Source: Nitrosopumilus sp.
GTDB taxonomy: Archaea; Thermoproteota; Nitrososphaeria; Nitrososphaerales; Nitrosopumilaceae
Direction of reading: 5' to 3'
DNA length: 64,000 nucleotides
Assembly: GCA_965214775.1 (NCBI GenBank)
Contig: OZ243974.1
Span: 1,280,001 to 1,344,000, forward strand
Positions 59,523 through 64,000 of the stretch are shown here, piece after piece. Numbering within the stretch: position 1 is the stretch's first letter; each line of letters starts with the position of its first letter. Under the pieces are notes generated by a model. That model saw only the letters and a program-made list of their open reading frames with translations. It searched no databases and was not told where the DNA came from. Both the position numbers and the translations under genes were made by a program.

Positions 59523-60083
59523 ATGACTGAAGAAGAAAATTCTGATGAAATTCCTGTCAGTGTTGTTTCAAATGACAATGTGGATGAAGAGAAGGAGAAG
59601 AATCTCCAGTCTTCTGAAAGTGATTGTGAGAAAATATCTAAAGAATTAGAAAATGTAAAAGAAAAAAATGCTGAATATGAGGAAAAACTTAAACACGTTT
59701 TGGCAGATTTTCAAAACCTGTCAAAAAAAACCCGGTCCGATATTGAAAACGGCGTTAACGCAAAAGTTGATGAGTTTATTTTGGATTTCTTGGAAATTTA
59801 TGACGATTTTGTTAGGGCAAAACAAGTTTTTGCCAAAAGCGACGTTGACACTGAAGGATTGGATGGAATTCTAAAAAACATGGATTCTTTGCTTGTAAAA
59901 TATCAAGTTAAACCCATCGATGCACTGGGAGAAATTTTTGACCCAAACTATCACGAGGCTATATCTGTCATCAATGACGGTGATTTGGATGATGGTACCA
60001 TCACTAGGGAGATCAGGAAAGGATATATTTCTCAAAGTAGGGTTATAAGAGCGACATTAGTAGAAATTTCAAAAAAAGGGTGA
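59523..60083 (+). CDS. grpE: Nucleotide exchange factor GrpE
   Basis: ADFQN, FDPNYHEAI, KGY...VIRA. Confidence 0.95.
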   Translation: MTEEENSDEIPVSVVSNDNVDEEKEKNLQSSESDCEKISKELENVKEKNAEYEEKLKHVLADFQNLSKKTRSDIENGVNAKVDEFILDFLEIYDDFVRAKQVFAKSDVDTEGLDGILKNMDSLLVKYQVKPIDALGEIFDPNYHEAISVINDGDLDDGTITREIRKGYISQSRVIRATLVEISKKG

Positions 60084-60089
60084 TAAAAT

Positions 60090-62084
60090 ATGGCTAAAGT
60101 TATAGGAATTGATTTGGGAACTAGTAATTCTGCTGCCGCAGTGATGATGGGCGGCAAACCAACTATTATTCCAGCCGCTGAAGGCGCCACAGTGGGCGGA
60201 AAGGCATTCCCGTCTGTTGTTGCATTTTCCAAGGAAGGCGAATTGCTAGTTGGCGAGCCGGCAAGAAGACAAGCGGTAACTAACCCTGATAATACAGTTG
60301 TTGCAGCTAAAAGAAAAATGGGCTCTGATCATGTTTTTAAAATTCAAGATAAAGATTACAAGCCTCAACAAATATCCGCATATATTTTACAAAAAATCAA
60401 AAAGGATGCCGAAGCATTTGTTGGAGAACCTGTGGAGAAAGCTGTCATTACCGTTCCTGCATATTTTGATGATAACCAACGCCAAGCAACAAAAGATGCC
60501 GGTACCATTGCAGGCTTGGATGTTGTAAGAATAATTAACGAACCTACTGCTGCATCTCTTGCATTTGGATTGGACAAGGCAAAAGAAGACATGAAAATTT
60601 TGGTTTTCGACTTTGGCGGAGGCACATTAGATGTGACAATTATGGAAATGGGCGGAGGCGTATTTGAAGTAATGAGCACATCTGGTGACACTCAATTAGG
60701 CGGCACTGATATGGACAAGGCAGTTATTGATTTCATTGTAGATGAATTCAGGAAAAAGGAAGGTGTAGATTTAACACAGGATTCCACTGCAATGACAAGA
60801 ATCAGGGAGGCAGCAGAAAAAGCCAAAATTGAATTATCTACAGTTATGGAAACCGATGTCAATTTGCCATTTATTGCTCATGATCCTTCTAGTGGAGCAA
60901 AGAATCTAGAATTGAGAATTACTAGAGCAAAACTTGATGAACTAATTGGGCCAATCGTTGACAGCTGCAAGCCTTCGATTCTCAAATCATTGGAAGATGC
61001 AAAGATATCTCCATCTGACATACACAAAATTGTGATGGTTGGAGGCCCAACTAGAATTCCTCTGGTAAGAAAATTTGTAAGTGAGGTTATTGGCAAAGAT
61101 GCCGAATCCGGCGTTGATCCAATGGAGGCAGTTGCTATGGGTGCTGCAATTCAGGCTGGTATTATAGCAGGTGATGTTGCAAGCGATATTGTCTTACTTG
61201 ATGTTACGCCTCTTACCTTGGGCATTGAAACCCTGGGAGGTGTCAGGGAACCCCTAATTGAAAGAAATACGACAATTCCTGCTTCTAAAAGTAAGGTTTT
61301 CACTACAGCAGCTGACAATCAAACTGCCGTAACGATTCATGTTGTTCAAGGCGAACGTCCAATGGCAACAGACAATGTTTCTTTGGGGAGTTTCAATCTG
61401 ACTGATTTGCCACCTGCACCACGCGGCGTTCCACAGATTGAGGTCAAGTTCGATATTGATGCTAATGGAATCATAAATGTAACTGCAAAAGATCTTGGAA
61501 CTCAAAAAGAAGCCAAGATAACAATCGAATCTTCTTCAAAACTTTCTGAAGAAGAAATTGAAAAACTAAAAGAAGATGCTGAAAAATTCTCTGATGAAGA
61601 CAAGAAAAAGAAAGAAAAAATTGATCTCAAGAACGAAGCCGAGAGCTATATCTACACTACAGAAAAACTAGTCAACCATGACTTGAAAGATAAAATTTCT
61701 CAAGAACAAGGAATCAAGGTAACTGATGCGGTAAAAGAGGTTAAAGAAGTTCTTGATAGGGAACCTGAAGAATTAAAGCCAAAGCTTGAAGCATTGCAAA
61801 CTCTTGTTAATGAAATTACAACTGAACTTTACAAAAATGCATCACCTCCACCGGGCGCTGAAGGCCAGCCGGGCGCTGAAGGCCAGCCGGGCGCTGAAGG
61901 CCAGCCGGGCGCTGAAGGCCAGCCGGGCGCTGAAGGCCAGCCGGGCGCTGAAGGCCAGCCGGGCGCTGAAGGCCAGCCGGGCGCTGAAGGCCAGCCGGGC
62001 GCTGAAGGCCAGCCGGGCGCTGAAGGCCAGCAATCTAATAAACAGACATCAGAATCTTCTTCTAATGAGAATAAGACCAACTGA
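60090..62084 (+). CDS. dnaK: Chaperone DnaK
   Basis: [26 protein letters not shown]. Confidence 0.98.
   Translation: MAKVIGIDLGTSNSAAAVMMGGKPTIIPAAEGATVGGKAFPSVVAFSKEGELLVGEPARRQAVTNPDNTVVAAKRKMGSDHVFKIQDKDYKPQQISAYILQKIKKDAEAFVGEPVEKAVITVPAYFDDNQRQATKDAGTIAGLDVVRIINEPTAASLAFGLDKAKEDMKILVFDFGGGTLDVTIMEMGGGVFEVMSTSGDTQLGGTDMDKAVIDFIVDEFRKKEGVDLTQDSTAMTRIREAAEKAKIELSTVMETDVNLPFIAHDPSSGAKNLELRITRAKLDELIGPIVDSCKPSILKSLEDAKISPSDIHKIVMVGGPTRIPLVRKFVSEVIGKDAESGVDPMEAVAMGAAIQAGIIAGDVASDIVLLDVTPLTLGIETLGGVREPLIERNTTIPASKSKVFTTAADNQTAVTIHVVQGERPMATDNVSLGSFNLTDLPPAPRGVPQIEVKFDIDANGIINVTAKDLGTQKEAKITIESSSKLSEEEIEKLKEDAEKFSDEDKKKKEKIDLKNEAESYIYTTEKLVNHDLKDKISQEQGIKVTDAVKEVKEVLDREPEELKPKLEALQTLVNEITTELYKNASPPPGAEGQPGAEGQPGAEGQPGAEGQPGAEGQPGAEGQPGAEGQPGAEGQPGAEGQPGAEGQQSNKQTSESSSNENKTN
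61851..62030 (+). repeat. 18-bp perfect tandem repeat x10 (PGAEGQ) in the dnaK tail
   Basis: ccgggcgctgaaggccag x10. Confidence 0.98.
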
Positions 62085-62130
62085 TTTTTCTAATCCCTTA
62101 ACTGATATTCTATTGATAAAGTGATAATTT

Positions 62131-63219
62131 ATGGCAGCAAAACGTGATTATTATGAAGTATTAGGAGTCTCCAAATCTGCTTCATCTGATGAAATCAAAA
62201 AACAGTATAGAAAATTGGCGTTAAAATTTCATCCTGACAGAAATAATTCCTCCGAATCCGGAGAACATTTCAAAGAAATTTCCGAAGCCTATGCAGTATT
62301 GTCTGATGCCGAAAAAAGGCAAATCTATGATCAGCATGGTCATGCAGGAGTGGATGGAAGATACAGCAGTGAAGATATCTTCCAAGGAGCACGCGGGGAT
62401 TTTAGTGACATATTTGGCCGCGGAGGAGGAGGTTTTGAATCTGTCTTTGAATCAATATTTGGCCGCGGCGGCGGAGGCGATTTTGGATTCAACCAGCAGC
62501 GCGGTTCTGACATTCTCTATGAGACATCTGTATCACTGGAGGACGTTCTTCATGGTAAGCAAATGGAAATTGATTTACAAAAGCAAATTGCATGTGGAGT
62601 TTGTCAGGGCTCTGGATGCAAACCGGGAACAAACAAGAAAACATGTGGTTCTTGCAACGGTCACGGACAAGTTCGTCAAACCAGGAATATGGGATTTGCA
62701 TCCTTTGTAACTGCAGCTCCTTGCTCCTCTTGCAGAGGTCAGGGATCAGTAATTGAAACTCCGTGCGATGACTGCAAAGGACAAGGAAAGAAAAAGGGCT
62801 CCAAGAAAGTCACATTTGCAATTCCGCCAGGAATTGATTCAGGAGATTATACGGTACCTAATGAGGGCAACGAGGTTCCAAACGGCTCAAACGGTGATCT
62901 TATCGTCAGAGTCAGAGTTCAACCTCACCCTCAATTCAAGAGAGACGGCAAAGACATCTTTTATGATCATGACGTTTCTATGGTTGATGCAGCCCTGGGC
63001 TGTGACATTGTTGTGCCTACGCTGGAAGGCCATGAAAAAATAAGGGTAGACTCTGGCAGTCAGCCTAACACCATAATAAAACTAAGAGGAAAAGGCGTTT
63101 CTCACGTCAATTCTAGAGGAAAAGGCGATCAATATGTCAGGATTGTAGTAAACATCCCTAGAAAACTCAACAAACATCAAAAAAATCTTCTTGACGAATT
63201 CCAAAAATCTTCCGAGTAG
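62131..63219 (+). CDS. dnaJ: Chaperone DnaJ
   Basis: HPD motif, G/F region, four CxxCxGxG. Confidence 0.98.
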   Translation: MAAKRDYYEVLGVSKSASSDEIKKQYRKLALKFHPDRNNSSESGEHFKEISEAYAVLSDAEKRQIYDQHGHAGVDGRYSSEDIFQGARGDFSDIFGRGGGGFESVFESIFGRGGGGDFGFNQQRGSDILYETSVSLEDVLHGKQMEIDLQKQIACGVCQGSGCKPGTNKKTCGSCNGHGQVRQTRNMGFASFVTAAPCSSCRGQGSVIETPCDDCKGQGKKKGSKKVTFAIPPGIDSGDYTVPNEGNEVPNGSNGDLIVRVRVQPHPQFKRDGKDIFYDHDVSMVDAALGCDIVVPTLEGHEKIRVDSGSQPNTIIKLRGKGVSHVNSRGKGDQYVRIVVNIPRKLNKHQKNLLDEFQKSSE

Positions 63220-63227
63220 ATCAAACC

Positions 63228-63776
63228 ATGAAAATTGCACTAGATGTTGACGGGGTTCTTGCCGACGTTATCGTCTCTTGGATTGAACATAACAACAAAT
63301 TTCGTACCGAAATTTTAAAACACGAGATAACTGACTGGGATTTTTGGAAAAAATTCAACATTAACCAATATGACTTTTATGCCGAATTAAGCAGGTGCTG
63401 GGAAAATTGGCCCAGCATTCCGCCTACGGAAACAAAACTATCTGATTTCACAAAGAGCATTTCTGAAATAGGGCAGGTAGACATTGTTACTGCTAGAGAA
63501 CGGTCAACTGATTTTTTTGTAAAAGACTGGCTAAGGCACCATGAGATTTCCTATGAAAATTATGTTTCTGTAGCTAGCGGACCGATGAAAGCTGATTTGA
63601 ACTATGACGTATTTATCGATGATTCCCCTCTAAACACCGTGAAAATTTTACAGAATCAAAAAAGAATTTTTCTTTATGATCAACCATGGAATCAAGATAT
63701 TGCTGATGAGAGGATTCATAGAATTTCAAGCCTGTCTCAAGCCATTGAACAGCTCAATCAGGAACAATCCTTCTGA
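63228..63776 (+). CDS. HAD-family 5'(3')-deoxyribonucleotidase-like protein
   Basis: DVDGVLAD, VTAR, FIDD, PWN. Confidence 0.85.
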   Translation: MKIALDVDGVLADVIVSWIEHNNKFRTEILKHEITDWDFWKKFNINQYDFYAELSRCWENWPSIPPTETKLSDFTKSISEIGQVDIVTARERSTDFFVKDWLRHHEISYENYVSVASGPMKADLNYDVFIDDSPLNTVKILQNQKRIFLYDQPWNQDIADERIHRISSLSQAIEQLNQEQSF

Positions 63777-63918
63777 CGTTGATCTGATGTCCGCTTCTTA
63801 CATGACTTGCATGTGTGGTTTTGAGCAATTCATCGATTTTGTCGTCATTATAGAACTTGACATTATAACGTCCTAGAACCTTCTTGCAATTTGTACAGTA
63901 TACCTCCCTGAATTCCAT
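63754..63918 (-). CDS. Small CxxC/His hypothetical protein
   Basis: MEFREVYCTNCKKVLGRYN...HASHVRSGH. Confidence 0.6.
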   Translation of the reverse strand: MEFREVYCTNCKKVLGRYNVKFYNDDKIDELLKTTHASHVRSGHQINVRRIVPD

Positions 63919-64000
63919 TTTTTCACCTTTGTAATCTGCTTTATCTTCCAGCATAATAAAGAAACTTATTCCAGACTGCAAAATTTTATGATGCGGGAGT

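Overview
Chromosomal segment of an ammonia-oxidising archaeon (Nitrosopumilaceae-like, inferred from gene content and order: glyS-nfo-priL-priS-UPF0182, rps6e-aIF2g, aglB-nop10-aIF2a, cobalamin genes, bacterial-type metK, Lhr-RPA, grpE-dnaK-dnaJ, tRNA-Gly and tRNA-Gln). Intact housekeeping blocks alternate with mobile-DNA graveyards. These hold IS5 (two types), IS6, IS481, IS630, IS66, ISH3 and IS3 elements plus about ten families of 79-143 bp MITEs, several matching an autonomous IS in the window, including a four-level nested insertion. The load suggests a host-associated lineage (inference). The most striking signal is a set of isolated repeat-spacer-repeat scars: three clean cases (36-38 bp of local DNA duplicated around a unique 35-38 bp insert, period 73-74 bp) and one looser case (44+28 bp, period 72). 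Each site has a different, partly palindromic 'repeat'. This is the geometry expected from off-target Cas1-Cas2 spacer integration, although no cas gene is in the window. Also notable: a decayed island that duplicates the 5' half of tRNA-Gly, an IS6 carrying restriction-endonuclease cargo, a broken sulfotransferase/coiled-coil/GT2 'ruler' gene and a probable DUF3800-associated RNA. All calls come from reading the sequence by eye; no database search was run.
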